Source: the human T2T-CHM13v2.0 reference genome, Homo sapiens
Direction: 5' to 3' (one strand)
Assembly (NCBI RefSeq): GCF_009914755.1
Contig: NC_060934.1
DNA length: 64,000 bases
The position numbers were made by a program, and so were the translations under genes. Below are positions 46,299 to 61,320 of the stretch, piece by piece (position 1 is the stretch's first letter; each line of letters opens with the position of its first letter). The notes beneath the pieces are model-generated. The model was not told the origin of the DNA. It did no database searches and saw only the letters and a list, made by a program, of their open reading frames with translations.

Positions 46299-46508
46299 TG
46301 TGGAGGCCATGAAGGGGTAGGGGGAAGTGGCAACTACATAGCACAGACACAAAGACACAAACACACCACATCACCATGTAGAGGAATGGGGGAGCTGGAC
46401 AATGAAGTGGAATATGTGATGGCAATGGGCAAATGCTACCTGAGAGAGAAGGCCGGTAGACCAAGGCTCTTGCAAGGTGAGCAACTCCCAAAAAACGACA
46501 TCATCCCA

Positions 46509-46644
46509 CAACAAACCTCCAGCACTTCCCCCATCTTCAAAATAGGACAACTAACTGAGGAAGAATCTCTCCCGATCAACAAACCTCCAGCATTTCCCCA
46601 ATCTTCAAGATAGAACAACTAACTGAGGAAGAATCTCTCCCAAT
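46509..46644. repeat. 68-bp tandem duplication
   Basis: caacaaacctccagca..caactaactgaggaagaatctctccc x2 with a few mismatches. Confidence 0.9.
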
Positions 46645-46810
46645 TCCCCTGACTCTAGTGATAATAAAAATTTTAAAGCAGTATGACTTATAGGATTCTT
46701 ATGAATAAGCCTAGTCGTAAGAGACAATGCAAAGAGCCCAACATAACTAAAAGCTCTTCATCTACTCACAAATACCTACCAAAAATTGCTTTATTGCTAA
46801 AAATGTCTTA

Positions 46811-46938
46811 AGCCAGGTGTGGTGGTGTGTGCCTGCAGTTCCAGCTAGTTGGGAGGCTGAGGCAGCAAGATCATTTGAGCCCAGAAACTCAAACCCAGTC
46901 TGGGCCTCATAGTGAGATCCCATCTCTAAAAGAAAAAA
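46811..46938 (+). mobile_element. Alu monomer fragment
   Basis: agccaggtgtggtggtgtgtgcctg..gggaggctgaggcag. Confidence 0.75.
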
Positions 46939-47832
46939 GAGGCCTAAAATTATATAAATTGTCTTTATTTCAAACATTTAAATTTAGAAAACTCATTTAT
47001 ATTAGTGCACAAATTAATTCTTCAAAATACAGTTGAAAATGATGTAGCCCCCTTCACTGTTCAGAAAGAAGAAGACAACAGCTGTGTTTTCTCTGGAGTA
47101 AAGAGGTTACAGCCCTGCCAATGGGACAAAAGGGCCAGGAAGGATTATAAAGCCAGTGGTTTTGCTAAATCAAATCACTGGTGGGGTGAGAGACTGTAAG
47201 AACTATTTTTTTCCTACATTATAAACTAAAGGAAATCATGCAGAAACACTAACACTAAATTTTATGTAAGCTTGCACAAACACACAAATATATACACACA
47301 TCCAAAATAGAAGTACGAATCAGTCAAGGAAAATTTGTTAGCAATGCAAAATGGTGCACCAAAGAAAGAAAGAACTCTTGCTCAGACTGGAGGTAGTAAA
47401 GAAAAGAATAAACAATAAACAATTATTTTTAAAACCACAGTATGCATATGGAAATTTTTTAGAAGTCATAGTCAGAGTAGAACGCTTATAAATTCAGGTT
47501 GTAAATGAATTCACATTGAAAACATCATACAAATTAATTCCTTTTATATTTTAAAGCCAAAAGTAGGTACAGTGCAGAACTTGAAAAAGACTTAGTTTCT
47601 ATGAGAAGAAAAAGAAAATAAAATCTCAGAAACTCGGAAAATGAATTTTTATATCCCATGTATGCTGGATAAAATATTCATGAAATGAAATGATATTTCA
47701 TTGTATATATATATTATATAGTCATGAATGAAGGTTTTAGTGACAAAGTTACTTCTGTCTAGACACCTCTTTGAATTTAAGCAAAACTTAACCTAGATGA
47801 GAAGCATTAGAACCACAAGTAAATAAAAATCT

Positions 47833-48465
<633 letters not shown>

Positions 48466-48989
48466 TATAAAAATCTGTTTTATTTACAAAAAGCAGCTTA
48501 GCCATAATGCTAGTACTTCTTAGTAAGATATTAAGAAACACCTTATTGAAAGTGTTTACCATTTGAGTACAATCTGAGAATATGCCAACTGGCATGTTCT
48601 TGAATTATTGGCTATATGGTATTTTTTCTTTTGTTATCAAAGGATTTTAACCATATGTATGACTACATGAAAAACATAACCATCTAACACATATGAGAAA
48701 TATAAAGATAATACTGATCATACACTCCAAATTTTTTCTACATTTTAAAAATCCTAACCTAGAATATCTTAGAATAGAATAGACTATTGTACGTAATTTA
48801 CTTATATTATTCTAACAAGGCTTTCCATTTTAAGCAGCAAGTTGACTTCCTAATGATAGAATATGACTATCAAAAATTTGTAGCAATCACTAGGATTGGA
48901 TAAGCAGCGAGAAGAAAAATAAATTTTATATTAGGCTTGCATGAACTAGCATACAGTAACTAAAATAACTAACACTGATTAATATTGAA

Positions 48990-49150
48990 CCATATTATTT
49001 TACATTATCTTTACTGAAGTCCATGAAATCGGTTCTATCATCTACCATTTTGCAAATAAGAAAACTAAAATAGGAAACAATCAATATTGCCAAAGTCACA
49101 CAACTAAAAGAAACAGAAATTTTAGCTTTTTCTGGGTCAAGACCATAAGC
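48990..49150 (-). mobile_element. MIR fragment
   Basis: ccattttgcaaataagaaaactaa..ttgccaaagtcacacaacta. Confidence 0.6.
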
Positions 49151-49895
49151 TGTCCGCTATGGTATTAAAGCTTCTGAACAACTGCATAAGGAAGAAAGAG
49201 GCAATTTCCCCAATTATCCAGATGAGGAAATGGAGGATCACAGGGGTCAGGCTAATGAATGCCTCAGAAAGTCAAATCTAGGCCATCTGATTGTGGGCAT
49301 ATTACACCACTTCCTCACAGGGTGTGACACAGAGGGAGCACCGCAACATCTTTTACTCCACAGAAATGAAGAGGAACATGTAGGTCATGTGATAAAAACT
49401 GATTGGCGTTTTCTGGACAGATCATTAACTGAAATAAATGATTTGGATTTCCACAAAATTCTACCACACACTTTCTTTTTTGGATATCAGTTTTCATTAA
49501 GTGACCATTTTAGCCCAGGTTGAGGCCTCTCAAGGAAACTACAGATTAAGTAGCTTACTCCAGATTGCAGTTAATAAGTATGATGCTGAGATCCATCTTG
49601 GCTCTGCACATGAATAACACCCCTGATGCTACCCCTTCATTTTCAAGCAGAGTGTCATCTTAATGTGAGCATCAATACACATGATCAAAGACAGAATTAA
49701 ACAATGAATGACACAATGCTGATTCAGAAAGTAGGGGGAGTCTAGCATTGTAGGAATATCTGAAGTCAGAAGGAACAGAATTGATTTTAAAGGAAGGCAC
49801 AGCAGTCCACCAGAGCACAAAATATGCATGAGATCATGGTAGGAGATGATGCCTAAAAAAGTTAAATAGAAATTTGTGCTGGGTGTGGTAGCTCA

Positions 49896-50540
<645 letters not shown>

Positions 50541-50779
50541 TCAAGATAATAAATTTGATTTAACTTAAATCAAAATACAGTAGGGAGTGTTTTGCATGCT
50601 TTTAAACTTGCAGGTGAGGAAATCCAAGTGGCAATTTGGAAGACTAAGCAAATAGGAAAACGCAGAATTGATTTTAAAAACAAACAGATGGAGAGGGAGA
50701 CAAATATTACATAGGTCTAGTCAAAAGGAATATGGCTGAAATGAGAACAGGTGCTGTGAAAATAGAAAGATATACACGT

Positions 50780-50816
<37 letters not shown>
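50780..50816. repeat. (CA)n microsatellite
   Basis: Direct observation. Confidence 0.93.
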
Positions 50817-50819
<3 letters not shown>

Positions 50820-52479
50820 GAGTAAAGGTATAATATATAGTACCTGGCACTAGGTAAGACATAAAAAATTAGAGAGAAGATAATAAGAGAGTAAGTTTGA
50901 AGCCTGGGAGACACAGAGCAAAATTAAAAGAAACAAGAAAAGAATGGCCAATCATAGAATTTTCTGGGTGTAGGAAACACCAGAAATTAACTACTCATGA
51001 TTTCACAGGGGTAAGGTAATTCTGAACACATAGGTTGCTATATATGGCCCAGATCCATGGACAATGAGGTTCAGAACTGGCAGTTTCAAGTCACATTGCC
51101 CTTTTTATTAGGGACCACTTCCCATCTCAGGGAAAACATAAAGATGGTTTACCTTCACCCATGTTGAATCTGAGTGATCAAAAAGATATCTAGACAGTAG
51201 TGACCAGCCCATCCTTGCAGGTAAGCACAAGTCTGAAGGAACAGGAAGAGGAACTAAAGTAACATAAAAGTTCACCAAGGAAGAGCATGTAAAAACCCAT
51301 CCAGAGAAATGACCAGCACTCAGGGAGGTAGAGCAAAAAGAAGAAATTTCTATAAATAATATGAATGAGCTTAGAAACAGAATGTCAGAGGAGTGAAGAG
51401 GAAAGCTTCTCCAGGGTGCCACAGATCCAAAGTGCTATTTCAGCCATTTACTAACAGCAGGGGGAAAACTGCACATGTACCTTAAAGTACATTTAAAGTA
51501 CCTTAAATAAAATGTTTACTTTCAATAAAAAATTTCTCTGCATATTTTACCATTTCAAATATATTTAAGGAACTAAGACACAGGATTCTACCTTTTATTA
51601 AAATCTACAACCAAAGGAGTAACAGTTAACTGTTCTGTAATAATGTGTAATCTAACATAACTTACTCCCAAGTCAAAAGCAAAAACTTAAAAATTCAAAT
51701 AGTCATTATATTGAGCCACAGAAAATACACCAAGTCACTGCCTAAGTCATGTCCAATATTAGACAACTAAATTACCAAAAAGTTTCACAGATTGCTCAAT
51801 GGAAAAACCTTTTAAAAATAACAAATACATTATTTTATTTGAATCAAGACCTATTTTTCTTGGCCAACCTACAAAAATATGTTTCTCTTTCTAAGAGTTC
51901 AGGACATTAATACCAAAGTCTCAGCCAGAAGTTTATGAAAGTATTACTGAACTGGATCTGTTTATGATTATAATACAAAGTTCTCAGGAAAATTAGTCCC
52001 CCAAGGGACTTAAAATATGAGTAATTCAAAAAGCCCAGATTTCTGCTGATATAATCAAACTAACATTCCTTGCCCTCCCCTCAAACTTTCTCCAATTTAA
52101 TCTAGAGGAGATTCTTGAAAAGTTAATCATTCAATGTAAGAAAATATATACTATCTATGGAATAAGATTTTTTTATCAAAATGGTTGCTGTAAAAATGTT
52201 TTAAGAGAAGAACATTTCCAGATATACAAATTACAAGCAGAAAGCCCTTTATAATAACAAATGTATTCAATAAAAGCATGGTTACGCTAGGCTGCAAACG
52301 TATGTGACAGAGACCCAATGCCTCCACACATTGAGTCATGCCTCCCTCGAAAACAAAGCAAATTAAAAACTCAGAGGAACAGATATGGGTCCTGCCCTCT
52401 TTAAAAAGAAAGACATAATTAAAATGAAATTTGGAAAGTGCAAGGATGGGAAAGAATAAGACACTATTATGTGTGCCTC

Positions 52480-53260
52480 ACATTGGTTTTGGCAGGGATC
52501 GGGTATGGCTAAGAATAATGAGCTGAAGGAGGCAGGTGGCAGGAGATCAGAACAGCAGATCCTAGGCAGGAAAAAGGGAAGAGTTGGCCAGCATGTTCAA
52601 AGACCCAGAGATGCAAGAACAGGGTAGATCTGGAGACTAGAGTGAGTTCAGCAGGGCTGCCTAACCTGGGAATGCACCCTGGAAGCAGCTGCGATCCACA
52701 TGGTGAAGGAACATCAGGAAGACTCAAAAAGGACAAAAACACCAATATCAGCCCTCACACTTAGAGTATTTCATGTGTTTTAGCTACTGTCTTAAGAGCT
52801 TTCCATGACTCATCTTATCTCATCCTCACAATCCTCTGAAATATATCACAATAGATTATGAAGCTTGCTCTGACACTTAGAAAGTTCAGCAGCTTGGTCA
52901 GCATAAGACATGCTGTGCAATTCCAATCCAGGTTGCTGCAACTTCAAGCAGCTGTTAACCACTTCACCCACGGTGTTCCTGGGTATGGTCAGAGCCCCAG
53001 AGTGTGTCAAGCAGTGCTCCTGACCACACATCAGTCTAGCCACAGTGGACAAAGAGATGTAAACAGGGAGGAGGGCTGCAGTGTTGTGTAGTGACCCAGG
53101 TGAGAGCTGTTGACAGCTTGGACTTTGGAAGTAGTAATGAAGATGCAGAGGGATGAATGAATTTAAAAATACAATTGCCAAGATTAGAGGCATACAGAAA
53201 AGAGGAGGAAAAAGTAAAGAACACCCTAAATATCAATGGCTGATAAAAGGTGCAATATCA
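52480..53260 (-). mobile_element. Old L2 fragments with an interrupting MIR (~52740-52950)
   Basis: L2-like aggctgcagtgttgtgtagtgacccaggtgagag..gcttggact; MIR-like catcttatctcatcctcacaatcctctga. Confidence 0.5.
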
Positions 53261-54879
53261 GGATCCTGGACTGTCTTTTCCTTAGTGAAAATAGCCTCAA
53301 AATAACATCATAACTATCACATTCACACACCAGCACATATTCACATTCACACGAGGCTTTGCTATGAGCTGCACAAATTCTGTATTTATTTTGATCAAGC
53401 ATAAAATTAATTTAATTAATTAGGACAAGTTGACATATAAGAGATAGAAAACCAAAATAAATAAAGGTATCAGGGAACGGTAAAAGACATTTAAACATTC
53501 TGTCATTCTAAACACTTACATGCAATTTCAGAAATTCCACATTTGATATCTAATATTAATTTAATACTTATTTATCCTGTGTATATGTGTGCATAGCTGT
53601 TTCTGGTTTACATTTTGATATTACAAATAACAGGAAAAAAAAAGGAAGTCACTGTGGCTATCTCTGGTACTTTTGTTGTAATTGCAGATGGCAACACTTC
53701 ATCATCTCAACTTCTTAAACATCAGAAAGGGAAAAGTTTGGAAACATCAAGAACAATCTAAAATCAGTTGCTTCCTAGAGTCAACGAATCAATATATCCA
53801 AAGACACAGAATTCTTACCAGCCAGGACTTCCAAATACTCATTTAAGCCAATAAATGATGGAACAATGAAAGAAAGAGAAAGACTGCCAGATCCAAATAG
53901 GTAGTAAGATAATGAGAATACAAATTGCCAACAACCTTTCATGGTATGAGAAAGGTTACAAATGAGACACTAATATCTGTTGACTAAGCCCCCAAATAGA
54001 CCAATCCCATCAACAGAAATCTTGTATCTTAAGAAGGTGTGCTTTCTTCAGTGAACCCGAGCAATCGAGAAAAACATAGTATGTTTACGTTTGGCAAGAA
54101 GACCACATTCATTCACAAAAGTTTAAATATTTCACATAGGTGGCTTCTATACTATCATATAACATACAGTCTAAGACATAACAGGAAAAAAGTTAACACA
54201 GAAGTAAATTACAAAGCACCCCGCTTTGGGATATACTAAGGGAAGAAAACACTATTGATTCTGTTCAGACAGAATTTATGGGCAAAAGTTACTGTTGAGA
54301 ACACAGCATAAAACTCTTACTTTTCAAGAAGCACTTAGTGAACTACCCATCTTAAAAAAAGAAAATCTTGTCCTTTTTCTGTCCCCGTCATTCTACTCAT
54401 TTTCATTCTGGCAAAGTATGCAAAAACAACAACTATCAAATAGGAGATAGGAATGCTCAGGGGTAATAACTCAATTCCAGTTGAAAATATAAAAATATGA
54501 ATCAAATACGAAATTTAGAATATGAAAAGAATACACAAGTTATGCCAAAGGTAAGAACTTTCAGAAAGTCTCATTTGATTTATGTGCATTTCAGAGTGAC
54601 TGACATCTGAGCAAATGCTAAAGAATTGAACTCAATGCTCTAACAGAGCAAGAAGAACCCAACTCTCACCCCAAGACGTCCTTTTCCTTAACTGTTGTTT
54701 ATTTGTTGGAGGAAAGGGGAAGGTTTTGAATGGTCTGTGCTCCTAAACAGTATAGGAAGCCCACTTGCAGCCTGTATGTTGGCCAACTCCATCAACAGCC
54801 TTCTGCTTTAGAGAATGTGTAAAGGGAGATATTTTAAAGGTATAACTGATCAAGTCAGTTTAATAGACTGCATACAACA

Positions 54880-55530
54880 TCATGTCACAATGTGAGGTGA
54901 TAGAGTGAACAGGGTCTCTTGGGCATTGCTAGTGGAGTGCAACATGGTACGATGTCTACTGAGGTCAGGTTGACAACATCTATCAAAGTTACAAATGTAT
55001 GTAATATTCCTGTACAATGTGTAAACATACAATTTCATTTTTAGGCATACTTCTGCGAGAAACTCAATACAAAATGACTTATCTATAACAGGTTATTTAC
55101 TGCAGTATATTTATGCAACAGCAAAGGATAGTAAATAACCTTAATGCCCATCAATAAACACTGGCCCAGCTATACAAAGGAAAATTATCAAAGTGTTTCA
55201 AAAATGGACACCTTTTATGTGTCAGTCTATAAGGATTGCCAAGCTATATTAAGAAAAAAAAAATCAAAGCACAGGATACTGTAGTAGTATTTATATAAAA
55301 AGGTGAAAAGAGAATATGTTTCCGTATTTGCTCATAAAAGCATGGTACCATTTGAAAGGAGCCACAAGAAACAAATAACTGTGGCTGAATACGGGGAGGA
55401 GAGCTAGCTAATAGAGAGTTGGGGGAGGGAGACTACTATTTTGCATCTCCATGTATAACGTTTGATTTTAGAACTATGAATGTATCACCTTTGCAAAATT
55501 CAAATAAATATTTTAAAAATTAAAAAAAGA
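54880..55530 (+). mobile_element. Old L1ME fragment
   Basis: caatttcatttttaggcata..gttatttactgcagtatatt..aaataaccttaatgcccatcaata. Confidence 0.55.
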
Positions 55531-57898
55531 ATGTTATCAAATTAATCCCCCTATAGTCTGAAGAGTTATACTGTATCCCATGGGAACAGGGAAGATTAGA
55601 ATCCTGTGTCTCATACAGACGTCTAATGAACCCTAATGATAATAAGGAATTGGGACACCTATCATCATCAACTCAAAAAAACAAAAAATCCTCTATAGCC
55701 TGTATGGGGTATCCTCAAACCAGGATACACTCCAGTGACTAAGAAACTTTTTATGCAATACCATAATGAAGAATATTTCCTCTGTATTTGAAAATGATTT
55801 CCAAAACTCAAAATAATTCTCATATCAAATGTCAATTTCTACCAAATATCCATGTACAAAAAAAGCTTTACTCAGAGAACTGAGGAAAATACTCCCCAAA
55901 AGCTATATACTAGGTATTACATATTAATGGTAGATCAGAATTTGTAACATCCATGTTTTATATATTGAACATGTAAGCAAACATCCATTGTTCCTAGAAT
56001 AAGAAAAAAATTCATCTCCAAGAAAAAAAATTTGCCAGTTTGGGGTCTTAAATTAACAGTATAATTTATTTTCATTTGAATAAAAATGAAAAACCCCTGG
56101 ACTCTCTAAAGAAAAAAATTTTAAACAGCTAAAATCAGCTCGCAAACAAGTAAAATACGTAATATTTTATGGAGGGAATATTTAACTATGTTATGTTCAA
56201 ATCAATTGCTTATAAATTATTCAATATAATCAAATGGTTTGTTCAAATATTGTTTTTCCAATTTAACAGAAAACTTATGTCACTTTAGTTATATAAACAT
56301 GAAGAGTTATTTAATATTTCCTGATAATTAAACATCTTAAATATTTAATTAAATACTTTTAGAGCTAATAGAGTTGACAACTATCTTGGGCCTATAAGAA
56401 CACTTTTTTGGCTTTTCCTTTTGTCCCACAAAAATCTCACATAAGTAGCTCATAGCAGCTCTTACCCTCTGCCCCCTCACTCCCTCTACAAAGCCTCTGG
56501 AGAGCCAGGTGGCTTTCCCAAGGCTAGTGTGATCAGCGGTGATACAGCAGACACCACTGGATACAGGCCAGCGGGGACAGACTGAGCGGGCTTATCTTCT
56601 AACACTGAATCCATGTTCAACTACAAGACATTCTTGAAGAAAGTTCACAAACGATTAAACTTATGCACAAGAAAGGCTGTGCTCTCCATCATATTAAGAT
56701 TTAAAAAAATAGGAACATTGCATTACTTTGAGAGAACTTACATTTCCCTCCATTTCTTGGTCCTTTAGTTTATAATCATTTTTTTCTTTTTGTCATATGC
56801 AGATGCTAAGTTATAAGCAATAATGTCATCAAAATAGTACAACTATTTATGAGGTTTACAAATGTACATGTCTTCATCAAGTTTTCATTTATTTACCTAT
56901 AATCTACAGTTTGTAGCCCATAATTAATGAAAATCACCATATCACATTATATGGCATTATAAAAGAGTCAATATAGTTCACCCAACAAAGATCCACCCAT
57001 AATACATGATATCAGAAAAAGTAGGGACATTATGAACTTTTTCCTTTCAATTTATTGAAAGACTATTTACCCAAAAGTATATAAGGGTTCACTAGGAGCT
57101 ATAGTAAACAAGACAATGCCTGGGCCATTTTAGGACAGCAAAACAGACAGAAAGATAAAAAATAAAAAAGAAACAAAAGACAAATTTAGATTCATAAATA
57201 TCACAGAGAAAAGGATGGTGAGCAAAGAGACAATAACAGAAGGCTGCAGGGATATCACCCGCCATCAAATGGGGGGATGGAGGAAAGTCCCTGAGGGGAA
57301 GACAGGTGACTGCATGAAAGCTAAGTGGGAACCAAGTGTGTGAACTGTGAGGGAGTGCAAGCCAGGCTGGTGCCACAATGAGACAGGGGTTTGCCAGGGA
57401 GGACTGGGGTTGGTTGAGTCTATCTGCTGATAGGAAAGTTCTAGAAGAGAGAGAGAAAAACAAGAGACATTCACGACTGTGAAGACAGGAGATTATGTGC
57501 ATGACTCCGTAGACAGGAGATTAATACAAAAGCAACGTCCTAATACTGGGAAGGGTTGGGAGACAGGATGAGAGTGAAAACTTTGGTGTTTGAGAGGTCA
57601 GCGAAGCTTCTGCATGCGAGGAAGGGCAGGGCTGTAAAAATGGTGGTGGGAACCAGGCTTTCATTTTTTCAATGGAATAAAAAGCTAGGTCAGAAGAGTT
57701 AATGAATTACTTCGGAGAATTAAAGGGCTTACTAAAGGTAGGAAAAGAGGTGGTGCTTCTCAAAGGGTTAAACTTAATTCCAACACATATCAAGACTGCA
57801 ATTCCATCTTACAATTTGGAAATGACAGTAACTTGCAGAAAAAAAAAAAAGCTCAGTCTTCCAACCTTGTGAAGTTATGTATTAAAAATAAAAACATT

Positions 57899-58176
57899 TT
57901 TTAATTTTTTTTTCTTTTCTTGAGAGAGTTTCACTCTGTTGCCCAGGCTGGAGTGCAGTGGTGCAATCTTGGCTTACTGCAACCTCTGCCTCCCACGTTC
58001 AAATGATTATCCTGCCTCAGCCATCTGAGTAGTTGGGATTACTGCGTGTGCCACCACACCCAGCTAATTTTTTTATTTTTAGTAGAGACAGGGTTTCATC
58101 ATGTTGGCAAGGCTGGTCTCAAACGCCTGACCTCAAGTAATCCACCTGCCTCAGCCTCCCAAAGTGCTGAGATTAC
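57899..58176 (-). mobile_element. AluS SINE, 5' end truncated
   Basis: Reverse Alu ending ctcccaaagtgctgagattac. Confidence 0.88.
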
Positions 58177-60901
58177 TAAAAATAATAATGTCAAAAGTAT
58201 TACGTGCCTACTATAAAGGACAGTAATAATACTGACACATGAAATGAGACCCAAAAGCCTACGCCAACCCTACCGCAATACCGTACTTTAATTTCTTTAT
58301 AATTTGTTCAGCTATTTAAAAAGATAATCCACAATCTCCTACCGCCATTAGAGCACAGGAAAAAAAAATTCAAAAATAAAGGAAAAACATGGCTCATATA
58401 TCTACAGAAGTCACAAAAATACTATAGGGCACATATACCCAGGCCTCAGCGGTGGGAAGAAAACATACAACCACCGGGCAAAATGTTTGAACACTGAAGA
58501 CGGGAATTTTTTAGGGCCATTTCAAGACCATGTTGAAGGTAACTGGGAAAGTCCTGGATAGAAATAGATTAAATAGCTAGATCATAAAATTTCAAAATTA
58601 AAAATGACTTATAAAAGTGATTCAATTTCTAAAAGCAGGCTTGTAGGACACAGGCAGTGAAAAAAACACATTGTAGGATGAAAATGTTAATGCAATTTCA
58701 TAACCAGTATTTTTTAAAGAATAGCAGTTGCACAGCTCATGGAACATAGATGGAACGTAGAAATAAAGAACAAAATTTCAAAAGCAAATGACGTACAGAT
58801 GGGTGGGAATAAAGAGAGTTATAGTATAAAGCATGTATTCCTTCCATTGTCGTATTTAATCACACAGCTCACAACAAAAATCTTTAAGACTGCCTGCAAT
58901 GAAAATATGCAAAGGCACCTGAAGGTCAAAGTTAAAAATGAAAATGTATCTTTCTCCGTAGTGCAAGCTCTAAATGTCTAGTTCTAGCAGTAGTATTCAC
59001 AGGTAAGAAAACCATCAGCTCCTAACAGACTTCCCCTGAAGGTTAATCCACACACCACCAAAGATTTTTCACTCAGTAAAATTTCTAACTTACTTCCCCG
59101 CTGCTTGCAGGCTTTTAGCTCCATAGGCCAAAGAAGCAATAAATAAAGACAGTTGTAAAATTTGTTTTAAAGGAGAAATTGATGAGTACCCCCATTCAAC
59201 TGCACACCCCAGGTCCAAAAGCAAATGAGTGATGCTGTGCCCTCCAAACTCCATTCATATCACGAAGGGACCCAGATGCCTAGCAAGTGGTCAAGCAGAA
59301 GCTCTCATGAAGATACTTAGCATTCTTAATGGTATCCTTACATTTAATCTTATTAAAACTACACACGCCCGCCAAAAACAAAAGAGAATATAAGGAATGG
59401 AAGCAGACATAGAGATTAACACTGATGTCATTTTTGTGTCAGATTATGTTCTTCAGAAAAGAACCAGAGATGATTTTAAAAGGTTAAATTTTATTCTAAT
59501 TCTGAGAAGATGCCACGGAAGCAAAAATCAAATTGCGAAATGACGATGGGGGCATTAGAAATACACCAGGGATGAAAATAAACCACCCCAGCATACCTAA
59601 TGGTACTTCCAATATGCAAGGAGAAAAACAAAATTTAAGAAAACGAGATACCCAATACTTGAGGGAGTTGTTGAGGTATAACCAATAAACCTAATGTTAC
59701 CTAAAAAGATATGAAAGAAAACATCTTATGAGTGTCTTTAATATACAAGAAACTGGGTCTGCACTGGAATGTGTGCTGTGTCACTTCAGCTTTGCCCACA
59801 AAGTTAACATCTGCCAAATGGGTATGATTTTCCCCATTTTGTATACAATGAAAATGAAGTTTGCATAGTTTATCTTTCTTTATTTCTATATAACCAGTCT
59901 TAGGGGTCAGAAACAGGACACACTCATTGGAGGGACAGGTTTCCAACCCTGAAACATGCTTCCCAGATTCACTATGTCTTTTGTTGTTAAATATATGGAA
60001 AAGTAGAATGCCATCTGGTACTCCTAAAAGTAACCCTGCACATGACTGGAAGCTCCCCAGAAAATGTGTGTGTCCTTCTAAGAAGAACGTCCACCAGAGC
60101 CCCACACTCCGGTCCTGTGCTTCCACTGTGGTTTCTAGTCCAGAATTCTTGGATAATAAAAGCAGAAAATATGTAGGGATCATGGAAAATAATGTGTCCC
60201 ATACATATAGGGTGTTTTGATCATTGTTTTTTTAAAAAATAATTTTAACACGTGTTAGAATACCAGGGATTCTATTATCAAAGCACAACAAAATAATCTG
60301 CTACTGGCGTTAATATATCCAGGTAACAAGTCTCTTAAAAGGTTGTTTTGGTTTTATTTTGGGTGTTATTGGGGACATAACAGATTTATCTTATAAAATA
60401 GAAGTTCTGGTATTTTATAATGAAAAGTAAGTTTAATTTTAAAACAATCTTGATGTTTTTAGTTTCTACATTTGGTGTTGCTAGAGATAAACACGACTAT
60501 TTTGCTTCTCTACAAATTTTATGAAGGTTTGCCAACTGGTAAATAATAATAAATCCCTTCCTTTCCACAGAACTTTTAGAATTTGGAGGCAAAGGGCTTA
60601 GTTTATTTTTAACCAAATAATATGAACAGTCATTTGGATCCTCATTGACTTCACGCTACAGAATTAACAAACCCAAAAAACCCACATCTTAACTACTATC
60701 TGGCAGCATCAGAATCTATCCTTAAGTCTCACCAATGATGGCAGATACCATGAAGCCCTATCTATTCCTATATCAGAATTTCTATAGCTCTTCCACGGTT
60801 TAATGCTGTGACCCCTCAGTCATTTCCCTGACCGATCTGAAGTTGTTGTAATCAGATTGCTGAATAAACCACCTCCTATTGTAATTAAGAAAATATAGGC
60901 A

Positions 60902-61022
60902 CTGAGGGGAGCCCCGGTGGCTCAGGCCGGTTGTCCTGGCGCACAAGGAGGCGAGGCTACGCATTCGAGGCCAACCTGGGCAACATTTAAAAGGCCTCAC
61001 ATTCGTTAAAAAAAAAGAAAGA
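60902..61022 (+). mobile_element. Retroposed snaR-related (ASR/CAS-like, FLAM-derived) small Pol III RNA copy
   Basis: GGAGCC..GTGGCTCAGGCCGGTTG..GGAGGCG..TTCGAGGCCAACCTGG resembles snaR rather than Alu. A tail present. TSD aagaaaata(t/c)aggca at 60887-60901 and 61023-61037. Confidence 0.72.
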
Positions 61023-61032
61023 AAGAAAATAC

Positions 61033-61320
61033 AGGCATCATGGCTCACACCTGTAATCCCAGTACTTTGGGAGGCTAAAGCAGGAGAATCACTTGAAGCC
61101 AGGAGTTTCAGACCAGTCTGGGAAACATAGCGGGACCCCACCTGTACAAAAAAATTTTTTTAATTAGCCAGGAGTGATGGTGTGCATCAGTAGTCCCAGC
61201 TGCTCAGAAGGCTAAAGCAGGACGATTGCTTGAGCACAGAAGTTTGAAGCTGAAGTGAGCTATGACTGCACCACTGCACCCCAGTCTGGGCAACAGAGCA
61301 AGAACCCAGCCTCTTAAAGA
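61033..61320 (+). mobile_element. AluJ SINE
   Basis: Diverged dimer directly after the snaR-like insert. Confidence 0.88.

Noticed and set aside
59701-60220. Overlapping 160-aa and 97-aa ORFs in unique-looking sequence
   Set aside because: No recognisable homology, splice structure or retrocopy hallmarks; compatible with chance.
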